Positions 42,761-52,125 of a stretch of 64,000 bases of DNA are shown here, one piece after another. The notes under the pieces were generated by a model, which was not told the DNA's origin, searched no databases, and worked only from the letters and a program-made list of their open reading frames with translations. Position 1 is the stretch's first letter, and each line of letters opens with the position of its first letter. The DNA is from a virus, in the IMG/VR virus record IMGVR_UViG_3300023176_007894, positions 1 to 64,000 of that record; one strand, given 5' to 3'. The translations under genes and the position numbers were made by a program.

Positions 42761-44629
42761 ATGGCATGGGAACAAGGTAATCAATTGTCGCGAAAAGAAT
42801 CGGAGGATTTAAACTCAAAAATTTTATCCATCGAGGGATACATTGAGGAAAGAGAAGCAAAGGTTTTGCTTTATCAGTTTCTGAGGGAGAATATTACTTT
42901 TACTGCAGATTTAATTTCTGGTGTTAAGCTTTTTCCATTTCAACATATGGCAATTAAGGCGATGTTTGAAACAGATTATTTTATGGGCGTATGGAGTCGA
43001 GGAATGAGTAAATCATTCACAACTGCAATATACGCATACCTTGATGCGATACTTAATCAAGGAGTGGAAATTGGCATCTTATCTAAATCCTTTCGTCAAG
43101 CGAAAATGATTTTTAAAAAAATAGAGGATATTGCATCAAAGCCCCAGGCTCATTATTTAAGCCAATGCATTTCTCATAAATCAAAAAGCAATGACGAGTG
43201 GCTACTGGAAATTGGTAGCTCAAAAATTAGAGCATTGCCTTTAGGTGATGGTGAAAAGCTGCGTGGATTTAGGTTTCATAGAATCATTATTGACGAGTTT
43301 GCGCTTATGCCAGAAAGAATATATAATGAGGTTATTATACCGTTCTTGAGTGTGGTAGAAAACCCAACACAAAGAGAAGAGCTTTATAATGTAGAAACAG
43401 ATCTAATTAAGCAAGGAAAGATGAAAGAATCTGAGCGTCATATTTGGCCAAACAATAAATTGATAGCCCTATCATCTGCAAGTTATAAGTTTGAATATAT
43501 GTACAAGGCTTATGAGCAATTTGAAGATTTGATTATGACAGGAGGAACAAAGAAGTCTGATGCCCACAGGGTAATTATGCAATTTAGTTATGACTGCGCC
43601 CCAAAACAGCTATACGACCAAAATTTGATCAATCAAGCTAAATCGACTATGAGTCAAAGTCAGTTCGATAGGGAATTTGGTGCAGTATTTACTGATGATA
43701 GCTCAGGCTATTTTAAGACATCCAAGATGGCAGCATGCACATTAAAAGATGGTGAAATGCCATGCGTTCAGGTAAAAGGAGAAATCAAAGAAAAATACAT
43801 TCTTGCATTTGACCCAAGTTGGGCCGAGAGTGAAAGTAGTGATGACTTCGCGATGCTACTAATACAATTGAATGATGCAAAGAAAATTGGCACCGTAGTG
43901 CATAGCTATGCTTTGTCTGGAGCAAACCTAAAGCAACATATTTTTTACTTTGATTATTTATTAAGTAATTTTAATATTGTAGCTATCATTGGAGACTACA
44001 ATGGTGGTGTGCAATTTATTAATGCTGTAAATGAAAGTAGTTTATTCAAAAAGAAAAACAAAGAAATAAAATGTTTAAATACAAACTTTGATGATATTGA
44101 GCATTACCAAGAAAGATTATCAGAGGGTAAAAGAGAATACAATATTGATAATCATACTATTTGCTATTTAAGAAAACCTACTAGCCAATGGATTCGAAGG
44201 GCAAACGAATTATTGCAATCAAACTTTGATCACAAAAGAATCTTATTTGCTTCAAGAGCTATAGATGATAACTATAACGAGCAAAGAAAAAAGAAGATCC
44301 CAATAAATGAACTTCAGTTTCTGAGAACCTCTCAAAGCATGAGTCAAACAGATCAAGCAAAAATGATTGACTTCGTAGAACATCAATTTGATATGTTAAA
44401 CTTAGTAAAAAGTCAATGTTCATTAATACAGATAACTTCTTCTGCCGCAGGAACTCAAAGTTTTGATCTGCCATCAAATCTCAGAAGGCAAACCGGCCCA
44501 GATAAAGCAAGAAAAGACTCTTATTCAGCTTTGGTGCTGGGCAATTGGATGGTTAAGCTCTACTATGATATGCTTGACGCGAAGGATCAGTCAACATTTC
44601 AAACTTTTACTCCCATGTTTATAAACTGA
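42761..44629 (+). CDS. terL: Terminase large subunit
   Basis: LFPFQ, SRGMSKS Walker A, LRGFR..IIIDE Walker B, LAFDP nuclease domain, KDSYSA. Confidence 0.88.
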   Translation: MAWEQGNQLSRKESEDLNSKILSIEGYIEEREAKVLLYQFLRENITFTADLISGVKLFPFQHMAIKAMFETDYFMGVWSRGMSKSFTTAIYAYLDAILNQGVEIGILSKSFRQAKMIFKKIEDIASKPQAHYLSQCISHKSKSNDEWLLEIGSSKIRALPLGDGEKLRGFRFHRIIIDEFALMPERIYNEVIIPFLSVVENPTQREELYNVETDLIKQGKMKESERHIWPNNKLIALSSASYKFEYMYKAYEQFEDLIMTGGTKKSDAHRVIMQFSYDCAPKQLYDQNLINQAKSTMSQSQFDREFGAVFTDDSSGYFKTSKMAACTLKDGEMPCVQVKGEIKEKYILAFDPSWAESESSDDFAMLLIQLNDAKKIGTVVHSYALSGANLKQHIFYFDYLLSNFNIVAIIGDYNGGVQFINAVNESSLFKKKNKEIKCLNTNFDDIEHYQERLSEGKREYNIDNHTICYLRKPTSQWIRRANELLQSNFDHKRILFASRAIDDNYNEQRKKKIPINELQFLRTSQSMSQTDQAKMIDFVEHQFDMLNLVKSQCSLIQITSSAAGTQSFDLPSNLRRQTGPDKARKDSYSALVLGNWMVKLYYDMLDAKDQSTFQTFTPMFIN

Positions 44630-44644
44630 GTGTATTTAAATCAA

Positions 44645-46261
44645 ATGCCACACAAATACAAATATACTACAACGTTTGATAATGTTGTTTATGCTTCAAA
44701 CAATATAGATGATTCGAATGTTAGTCTTGCCTCGATTGAAGCTCTCAGGCCTCTTATTCCAAAAGGAGTTAATCTAGAAAGAAACATAGATTTAATTGGT
44801 GTTGCATTCAACGCCGCAGTGGTCAATAAATTTAATAAAAACGGAGATGGTATTGATAGCGAGGCCGCAGTAAAAATAAAAGACTATTTCATTCATAAGC
44901 CAACAAACATAGAACATAACCGAGAGCAAATTGTAGGTCATATTGTTTCTGCAGGATTTTCAAAATACGACAACTACTCTGAGCTAATGAGCGACGAAGA
45001 AGCATTGGTTTCTGATGGAGCTTATAACATTGCATTGGGTGCAGTAATTTATAAAACAGCTAGTAAAGAATTTGCAGATTTAGTTGTTAATTCAACCAGT
45101 AAAGATAGTGATTTTTATCATACTGTATCTGCAAGCTGGGAAGTCGGTTTTAATGATTATGTAATCGCTGTTGGCAGTAACGACCTTTATGATTCTATTA
45201 TAGTTTCTTCTCCAGAAGAAATCGAACAGTACAATCCGTATTTAAAATCTTTCGGGGGAAGAGGGGTTCTATCCGATGGAAGAACCGTTAATCGACTTAT
45301 CGTGGGCGACATATTCCCACTTGGAATTGGCTTTACGTCAAATCCTGCAGCAGATGTAAAAGGCTTAGTAGTTGAACACAGAGAAGCTCCTGAACGTAAA
45401 GAAGGGCCCAAGGAAAAAATACAGCCTATTGATAAAATCATTACAGAACATGAAAAAATTTCCCAATCTGTTGAAGAAAATGTACTAAACAAAGAAACTG
45501 AAACAAACTTTATTATGGATAAGAACACAATTATTAATGAATTCCGAGCAGCTTTAGATGAAAAGCTTGGCAAGCAAGACTTCTCTGAAGAAGCAGTTGC
45601 TAGCATTTCTAAGGTTTTTAGCGAGGCGATAAAAGAAAAAAGTGACAAGTATATCGCTGACCTTGAAAAAGCCAAAGCTGAAAAAGAAGAAGCTGCAAAA
45701 GCTCAAGCAGCTATTCAAGAAAAAATGGCCGAAGTGGAAGAGCAACTTAAAGCCACTGAAGAAAAGCTTTCCAACCTTGAAGAAGAAAATGCTGCAAGAG
45801 AAGCGGAAGTTCTTTTTAATAATCGCATGGAAGCTTTGGACGAAATCTATGATTTAGACGATGAAGATCGTCAAATCTTAGCATCTGAACTTTCTGAACT
45901 TGATACTTCGGACGATTCTTTCGCAAGCTATCAAGAAAAATTAGCGAAAGTTTGGAAACACAAAAATAAAGAATTCATCTCTGAGCAGGCTCAGGCTTTG
46001 GAAGCAAAAATAGCCGAAGAAGTTGAAAAGCGACTTGCTCAAGTTGAAGAAAAAGTATCTGAAACTTCAGAAGAGGTTGTTGCAGAAGTCTCGCAGGCTT
46101 CCGATCAATCCGAAGAGTCTGATGAGTCTGACGATATCTTAGAGAATATTGAAGTTGAGCAAGCATCTGTTGTGAACAACAACGAATCGTCTTCCGAATC
46201 TGAGTCCCTGAGGGATAGATTCGCAAAAACTTTTAAAGATTCTGTAAACATTTCATTCTAA
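44645..46261 (+). CDS. Prohead protease-scaffold fusion
   Basis: NKNGD, NIEH..IVG, SASWE protease-like N-half; acidic coiled-coil C-half; lies before the capsid genes; start at GTGTA-N10-ATG. Confidence 0.65.
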   Translation: MPHKYKYTTTFDNVVYASNNIDDSNVSLASIEALRPLIPKGVNLERNIDLIGVAFNAAVVNKFNKNGDGIDSEAAVKIKDYFIHKPTNIEHNREQIVGHIVSAGFSKYDNYSELMSDEEALVSDGAYNIALGAVIYKTASKEFADLVVNSTSKDSDFYHTVSASWEVGFNDYVIAVGSNDLYDSIIVSSPEEIEQYNPYLKSFGGRGVLSDGRTVNRLIVGDIFPLGIGFTSNPAADVKGLVVEHREAPERKEGPKEKIQPIDKIITEHEKISQSVEENVLNKETETNFIMDKNTIINEFRAALDEKLGKQDFSEEAVASISKVFSEAIKEKSDKYIADLEKAKAEKEEAAKAQAAIQEKMAEVEEQLKATEEKLSNLEEENAAREAEVLFNNRMEALDEIYDLDDEDRQILASELSELDTSDDSFASYQEKLAKVWKHKNKEFISEQAQALEAKIAEEVEKRLAQVEEKVSETSEEVVAEVSQASDQSEESDESDDILENIEVEQASVVNNNESSSESESLRDRFAKTFKDSVNISF

Positions 46262-46280
46262 AAAAAAGAAAGATCTTATT

Positions 46281-46904
46281 ATGGCAAAAAGAATACTACC
46301 ATACCGAGACTACAGCGAACACGACGTTGTTAACTTGTTCTCATTGGAAATTGGAGGCTCGGACACGCTGTCGAGTTTCGTTACAACATCCAGTGGCAAG
46401 TGGGACTCAGGCGTTGTCGTTTCTGTGAGTGCGGGAGCTCTACCAGGTGATATCCCCCAACTTCGCGCATCGGCAGGAAATAATCTCAGAGATTATATGG
46501 GAGCTGATCAATCATCTGCGCATGTTGGATACAACGCATACCCGTACAACGGTATGACAGTAGCCCCTGCTGACGGATCCGGTCGTGCATTAGGAATCAC
46601 ACTTCGTGAAACCTTGGCATTCGACGAAAACGGAGAAAAAATGTTATATTATCCTCAAAAACTTGATGAATCTCAAGGAGTTCTTCCAGGTCAAACAGTT
46701 CCTGTTTTGACAAGGGGACTTGTCCTTTTGGGCGGAGATGCATTTAGTTCTGCTCCTGCTTTAGGTGCCGAGCTTGAAGTTTCTTCTACAGCTGGAAAGC
46801 TTGTTACTGCATCAACTGGAACAGTTGTTGGACATGTTGTGGCTATCGGAGAAGAGAGTGATAATTCTTCTAACAAAAAATATTTGTGCAAACTTAGCTT
46901 CTAA
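46281..46904 (+). CDS. Head decoration/cement protein
   Basis: Between scaffold and capsid genes; Gly/Ala/Val-rich. Confidence 0.55.
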   Translation: MAKRILPYRDYSEHDVVNLFSLEIGGSDTLSSFVTTSSGKWDSGVVVSVSAGALPGDIPQLRASAGNNLRDYMGADQSSAHVGYNAYPYNGMTVAPADGSGRALGITLRETLAFDENGEKMLYYPQKLDESQGVLPGQTVPVLTRGLVLLGGDAFSSAPALGAELEVSSTAGKLVTASTGTVVGHVVAIGEESDNSSNKKYLCKLSF

Positions 46905-46921
46905 GAAAGGACAATAAAGAA

Positions 46922-48070
46922 ATGAAAATTACTCTTAAACCTACATCCGAGCAAGTCGAGCTTGTTAAAGCTATGGCTTCGAAAAATAGAGAAGTTGCAT
47001 ATGAAGCTCAAACAGCACTGGCTGAATTTATTGGTCCAGTATTGGCCGAAGTTGTAAACACAGCTCCTACGGTTAGCAATATGTTTACTTCTCTTCAGTT
47101 CAATGCAGACGAAAGTCCAAGCATTCCTTTGGATCTTTATCACGATATTACTGATGAAGACTACATCCAAGTATGGAGTCAATCTGTACCAGGAGGACTT
47201 CCTACCAACCAAGTTGCTCCATCGCAAAGCGAGCTTAAGTTCACAACTTATACTCTTGACAGCGCATTGAGCTTTGATAAGCGTTACGCTTCTCGTTCGA
47301 GACTTGATGTTGTTAGTAAAACATTTACCCGTATGGCTCAAGAAATTCTTCTCAAGCAAGAAAAAACTTCGGCCACTATGGTAATGACTGCTTTGGCTAA
47401 CGCTTCCACAAACAGCGAGCAACATGTTATCCGTTCTGCTCAAGCAGGAAGGTTCTTGCTTTCCGACCTCAACAAGCTGTTCACTAAATCCAAAAGGATT
47501 AATTCCGCTTGGAATGGTGGAACTCCAGCTGAAAGACGCGGTCGTGGAATCACAGATCTGCTTGTTTCGCCAGAGATTGTTGAAGAAATCAGAGGATTGG
47601 CTTACAACCCAATCAACACCAAAGGTGCTGATGGAAGTGCTCCATCTGGCAATACTAATGGTTTGGCTGCATCCGACAGCGTTCGTGACGCAGTTTTCAA
47701 TAGCGCAGGAATCCCAGAATTCTATGGAGTATCAATCCAAGAGTACAATGAAATGGGAGATGGCCAAGCATGGAATACTGTATTCTCTGCAGCCGCAGGC
47801 TCAACAACATATGCAGATAATTACTCTGTCGCCCAAAACGGTGGTGCAGCACAGGCAATTCAAGCCGGAGAAGAAATTCTTGTCGGTGTTGACTTGTCTC
47901 GCGAGTCGATGATTCGTGCAGTTGCTACAGACTCCGAAAATGGAGCAGAGTTTAATCTCGTCGCGGATGACCAGTTTGCAACTCGTCAGTCGAAAATCGG
48001 TTATTACGGATCCCTTGAAGAAGGCCGTATGATTATCGACGACAGGGTTCTTCTTGGACTTCTTGTTTAA
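46922..48070 (+). CDS. Major capsid protein (HK97 fold)
   Basis: Size, synteny, AAGGA SD, downstream terminator; DLLVSPE and C-terminal GYYG..E.G....D motif. Confidence 0.75.
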   Translation: MKITLKPTSEQVELVKAMASKNREVAYEAQTALAEFIGPVLAEVVNTAPTVSNMFTSLQFNADESPSIPLDLYHDITDEDYIQVWSQSVPGGLPTNQVAPSQSELKFTTYTLDSALSFDKRYASRSRLDVVSKTFTRMAQEILLKQEKTSATMVMTALANASTNSEQHVIRSAQAGRFLLSDLNKLFTKSKRINSAWNGGTPAERRGRGITDLLVSPEIVEEIRGLAYNPINTKGADGSAPSGNTNGLAASDSVRDAVFNSAGIPEFYGVSIQEYNEMGDGQAWNTVFSAAAGSTTYADNYSVAQNGGAAQAIQAGEEILVGVDLSRESMIRAVATDSENGAEFNLVADDQFATRQSKIGYYGSLEEGRMIIDDRVLLGLLV

Positions 48071-48095
48071 TTTTTAATTAAACCAAATCCCCTTA

Positions 48096-48127
48096 AATCC
48101 ACCCTGGGCAACTGGGGTGGATTTTTT
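48096..48127 (+). terminator. Rho-independent terminator after the capsid gene
   Basis: AAATCCACCC...GCAA...GGGTGGATTT followed by a T run. Confidence 0.85.
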
Positions 48128-48177
48128 ATTTACAAATGTTATTATAATGTGTACTAAAATAAAAGGAATAAGGTATT

Positions 48178-48594
48178 ATGGCAAATCAAAAAAAATCGCG
48201 CAAGACTTTGGCTTCGAAGGGCTCGGAAAAAGCTAGCACTCCAAAGCTTGAAGATCTTCAGCAAACTACAGGCAAAAGCTACGAGGATAAAGTAGCTAGA
48301 GCAAAAGAACTGGAAGAAATTCTAGGGATTCCTAAAATAAGCCCATTTAAAACTCATGATCGAGAAGTTTTTGCAAGCATGATCAAAGATATGAATTTAA
48401 CAGATTTACAGGCTTTCGCTGTAAAGGTGGGGATTTTTCCTTCTGGTAATAAAACAATTTTAAGAAATAAAATCAAAAGGGCTTTTGAGTCTAGTTTGGT
48501 TGGACAGGGAAGTGTCCAAGTGATGGGTGATCCAATTAAGTTGGACCCGTCCAATCCAGAACACAAGAAAGTTATTGACTATCTAGGAGGATAA
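48178..48594 (+). CDS. Hypothetical protein (head module)
   Basis: ORF; GTGTA at 48149 plus SD. Confidence 0.65.
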   Translation: MANQKKSRKTLASKGSEKASTPKLEDLQQTTGKSYEDKVARAKELEEILGIPKISPFKTHDREVFASMIKDMNLTDLQAFAVKVGIFPSGNKTILRNKIKRAFESSLVGQGSVQVMGDPIKLDPSNPEHKKVIDYLGG

Positions 48595-48598
48595 AGTT

Positions 48599-49123
48599 AT
48601 GGCTCATGATCCTCATCCAGAAACAATTTTAGGTCAATTGGCATTAAAGATTTACGATGAAGAAATTGGCCAGTATACCCAAGGAACGGAAAGAACAACT
48701 GAAATTGTATTAATTTCTGGATGGCTAGAGGGTCATTTGGGCGAGCTTAATAATTTGATTTATACTTCTTTTAGTGGAGACAACCCGCAAGGCTTTTTAT
48801 TGGAAGAGCAAGCTATTATAAGGGAAATGTATGTTTCCGAATATAATCGAAAGAAAGAGAGGGCTGCCCTTCGAAGAATGGACGGCGAAGGAGATACCAT
48901 CAATTGGCAAACTATACAAGAAGGAGATTCTGTTATTAAAAGGCAAATTGATACATCAAATCCAACCCCAAAGCTCTACCATCAGGCATATCTTGCGTCA
49001 CAAGAAAGAATGAAAGAGCTAATATATGCTTATAACATGTATAAAGCAAGTCCAAGACAAATTGTTGGAAAAGATTCTGATGAAGCCCCAAGCATGACGG
49101 GCATTTATCAAAAAACTGTGTAA
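48599..49123 (+). CDS. Hypothetical protein, possible head-tail adaptor
   Basis: Synteny; GGAGG SD. Confidence 0.55.
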   Translation: MAHDPHPETILGQLALKIYDEEIGQYTQGTERTTEIVLISGWLEGHLGELNNLIYTSFSGDNPQGFLLEEQAIIREMYVSEYNRKKERAALRRMDGEGDTINWQTIQEGDSVIKRQIDTSNPTPKLYHQAYLASQERMKELIYAYNMYKASPRQIVGKDSDEAPSMTGIYQKTV

Positions 49124-49132
49124 ATATATTGT

Positions 49133-49648
49133 ATGGAAGAAAATGCTAACAATCAAGAATTAGAAAATACATCTAAAAGAATAAAATCCGAGCTATACCA
49201 TATTTGGAAAAAAGCAAAGAGACTGTTTGAACTAATCGGGCAAGACAGAATGCTTGAAGATTGGGTTCAAAAAAATATAAATTCTGCGCACAATAATTTA
49301 GATGAAGCTTTAAGGTTTGTTGAGTATGAAGAAATTTTTCCTCAGAAAAAAAATGAAGACGTTGATCCAGATGAAGGAAAAAATAATTTTCTTTCAAATC
49401 AAGACAAAAGGTATCCAGTTCCTGCCGAATCAGAAAACGGAGATCAATTTATCACTCGTTGCATATTAGATGCAAATATGAAAAAACGATACCCTGTCCA
49501 GTCTGATAGGTTCAACGCTTGTATGGTAATTTATACAGAAAATAAAAATAAACCTTCAGATACCGGAAATCCTGGAGAAAAATTCGAAGACCCTATGTCT
49601 TCAAAAGAGCCCGAAATTAAAGATCCGATTAAGCCAATTCTTCCTTAA
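49133..49648 (+). CDS. Hypothetical protein
   Basis: GTGTA-N10-ATG; contains a P.P...E....FITRC domain. Confidence 0.65.
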   Translation: MEENANNQELENTSKRIKSELYHIWKKAKRLFELIGQDRMLEDWVQKNINSAHNNLDEALRFVEYEEIFPQKKNEDVDPDEGKNNFLSNQDKRYPVPAESENGDQFITRCILDANMKKRYPVQSDRFNACMVIYTENKNKPSDTGNPGEKFEDPMSSKEPEIKDPIKPILP

Positions 49649-52115
49649 TTGAATATTTTACCGAGCCCCCGCTAAAACCAAATGAAATAGTTTGATCGTG
49701 GGTTAATTTTTTCCCCAAAATTAGCTCCGCCAATTTATTTTCGATATGGGTCTCTATTAGCCTTTTCAGTGGTCTGGCGCCCATTTTTTCTTCAGAAGAA
49801 AGATCTATAATCATTTGCACAAAAGATGCAGTCATTTTTATGGATATATTCTTGTTGGATAATTTATCCTCAATTTTACTGATCTCTAATTTTACTATTT
49901 TTTTCAGGTCTTCTTTTTTGAATTCTTCGAATACAACAATATCTGTTAGTCTGTTTATGAATTCTGGCCTAAAGAAACTTTTTAATTCGTCTTTGATTAT
50001 ATTCTGAGGGCGATTTTCTTCTTGTTGCGAAAAACCTATGGCTTGTTTTGAAAGCTTTTCTCCTCCGACATTGCCTGTTAGTATAATTATACAATTATTA
50101 AAATAAACTTTTCGACCAGAGTTATCTGTCACAAAGCCTTCTTCTAAAATTTGTAATAATATGTTTATTACGTCTGGATGGGCTTTTTCTATTTCATCGA
50201 AGAGTACGACACTGTAGGGATTTTTTCTTACTCTTTCTGTTAATATACCCCCTTCTTCGTAACCTACATATCCTGGAGAGGCTCCTGTTAGCCTGCTTGC
50301 CGTAATTTTTTCAGAATATTCGCTCATATCTAATTGAATAAGATTTGAGGAGCTGCCATATATAAATTCAGATATGCATTTTGCGGTATATGTTTTTCCT
50401 GTTCCTGTTTTTCCAACAAGAAGGAAGCTTCCTACGGGCTTGTTTTTGTCTTTTAATCCTGACTTTGATCGAAGTATAGCTTGACTCATTTGTTCAAGTG
50501 CTTCTGATTGTCCAATAATCCTTGATTTAAGATTTTTGAATAACCCTAAAATCTTTTTAGAGTCTTTTGCGGACATTTCTGAAGCGGGAACTCCGGTTCT
50601 AGAGGATACAACTGCATAAATATCTTCCTTTGATACCTTGAATTTATTTTTGATTGTTTCATTGGCCCATTTTGTAATGACCTGATCGTATCTTTCTAAT
50701 AAAATAATTTGAGTATCTTCAATAATGCTGTAATCTTCATTTGTAGATTGCATAGTGGATTCTTTCATGGCTAACTTTTCAAGTTCTTTTTCTATGTTAA
50801 CAGCTTCTTGGGGTCTCTGTATATTTTTAATTTTAACTTTTGACCCAGCTTGGTCCATGATATCAATTGCTTTATCTGGAAATTGTTTATCTAATATATA
50901 TTTTTCAGATAGATCGATAATCAAATCTATGATTTCTTTAGAGTAAGATATGCTGTGGAAGCTTTCGTATTTTTTCTTTACTCCATTTAGTATTTTTCTT
51001 GTTTCTTCTTTAGTTGGCTCTTTTACTTTGATGGGTTGAAATCTTCTGTCCAGCGCTCCGTCTTTCATGATGCTTTTCTTGTACTCTTCTTGAGTGGTCG
51101 CTCCAATGCATTTAATTTCTCCTCTTGCAAGCAATGGCTTGAGTAGATTTGCTGCATCCATGCTACCCTCTGCGCTACCTGCGCCAACTAATGTATGTAT
51201 TTCATCTATAAATAAAATTATACTCTGGTTCTTTTTTACTTCCTCTATGATATTTTTAAGCCTCTCTTCGAATTGACCTCTATATTTTGTACCAGCTATT
51301 AGTGAGCCTAAATCCAATGAGAATATAATTTTCCCTAAAAGAAAGTCTGGGCACTCGTTATGTACTATTTTTTGAGCGAGACCTTCTACGATAGCTGTTT
51401 TTCCTACCCCTGGATCCCCAAGTAGAATTGGATTATTTTTGGTTCTTCTGCATAAAATTTCGCAGACGTCACTTATTTCTTGCGTTTTGCCAACTATGTT
51501 ATCGAATTTTCCCTGAGCTGCCTTTTCGCAGAAGTTGACTCCAAATTTGTCGAGTGTGGGCGTATTTGTAGATATTGAGCTAACTTTAATTGATTTTTTA
51601 GGGCTAGGCTTTTCTTGTACATTTCTTTCGTTAGAAATATGTAAATACTCTCTTACTTCTGCAATGACGTCGTCTTCCGAAGAGTTAAAAAGCCTAAAGT
51701 AAAATGGAACAGGAGAGTCTTCATATTTCAAGAGAGCCAATAGCATATGTTCTAGACCAACATATTCATGTCCAAGCTTATAGCTTATTGATGCGGCAAC
51801 TTTCAAAACCAAATGAAAGTGCTCGTCGTAAACGGGCTCATATGATTCATCAAATTTGTCAGAATTTTTCTCATCTAAGAATTGCTCTTTGTTTTGGCGC
51901 TCGAGGGATTCTATAATTTCTTCCTTTAATGATTTCTGGTCTATATTTAATAAATATAAAATCTCACTAAGTATTCCCGCGCTAAGTTTAACCATGCCGT
52001 AGAATAAATGTTCTAAGTTTACATAGTCGCTATAATACTCTCTTGCTATTTTTTTTGCTTCGTTGATTGCCTGTTGCGCTCTTGGCGTAAAGTTTGGCTT
52101 AGGTTTCATTGTCAT
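49629..52115 (-). CDS. clpC: ClpC/ClpA-like Hsp100 AAA+ ATPase
   Basis: Clp N-domain FTPRAQ, GDPGVGKT, KYRGQFEER, GKTGTGKT, PGYVGY, AIGF ClpP-binding loop. Confidence 0.9.
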   Translation of the reverse strand: MTMKPKPNFTPRAQQAINEAKKIAREYYSDYVNLEHLFYGMVKLSAGILSEILYLLNIDQKSLKEEIIESLERQNKEQFLDEKNSDKFDESYEPVYDEHFHLVLKVAASISYKLGHEYVGLEHMLLALLKYEDSPVPFYFRLFNSSEDDVIAEVREYLHISNERNVQEKPSPKKSIKVSSISTNTPTLDKFGVNFCEKAAQGKFDNIVGKTQEISDVCEILCRRTKNNPILLGDPGVGKTAIVEGLAQKIVHNECPDFLLGKIIFSLDLGSLIAGTKYRGQFEERLKNIIEEVKKNQSIILFIDEIHTLVGAGSAEGSMDAANLLKPLLARGEIKCIGATTQEEYKKSIMKDGALDRRFQPIKVKEPTKEETRKILNGVKKKYESFHSISYSKEIIDLIIDLSEKYILDKQFPDKAIDIMDQAGSKVKIKNIQRPQEAVNIEKELEKLAMKESTMQSTNEDYSIIEDTQIILLERYDQVITKWANETIKNKFKVSKEDIYAVVSSRTGVPASEMSAKDSKKILGLFKNLKSRIIGQSEALEQMSQAILRSKSGLKDKNKPVGSFLLVGKTGTGKTYTAKCISEFIYGSSSNLIQLDMSEYSEKITASRLTGASPGYVGYEEGGILTERVRKNPYSVVLFDEIEKAHPDVINILLQILEEGFVTDNSGRKVYFNNCIIILTGNVGGEKLSKQAIGFSQQEENRPQNIIKDELKSFFRPEFINRLTDIVVFEEFKKEDLKKIVKLEISKIEDKLSNKNISIKMTASFVQMIIDLSSEEKMGARPLKRLIETHIENKLAELILGKKLTHDQTISFGFSGGSVKYSIKEELA

Positions 52116-52125
52116 AATTTTACAC

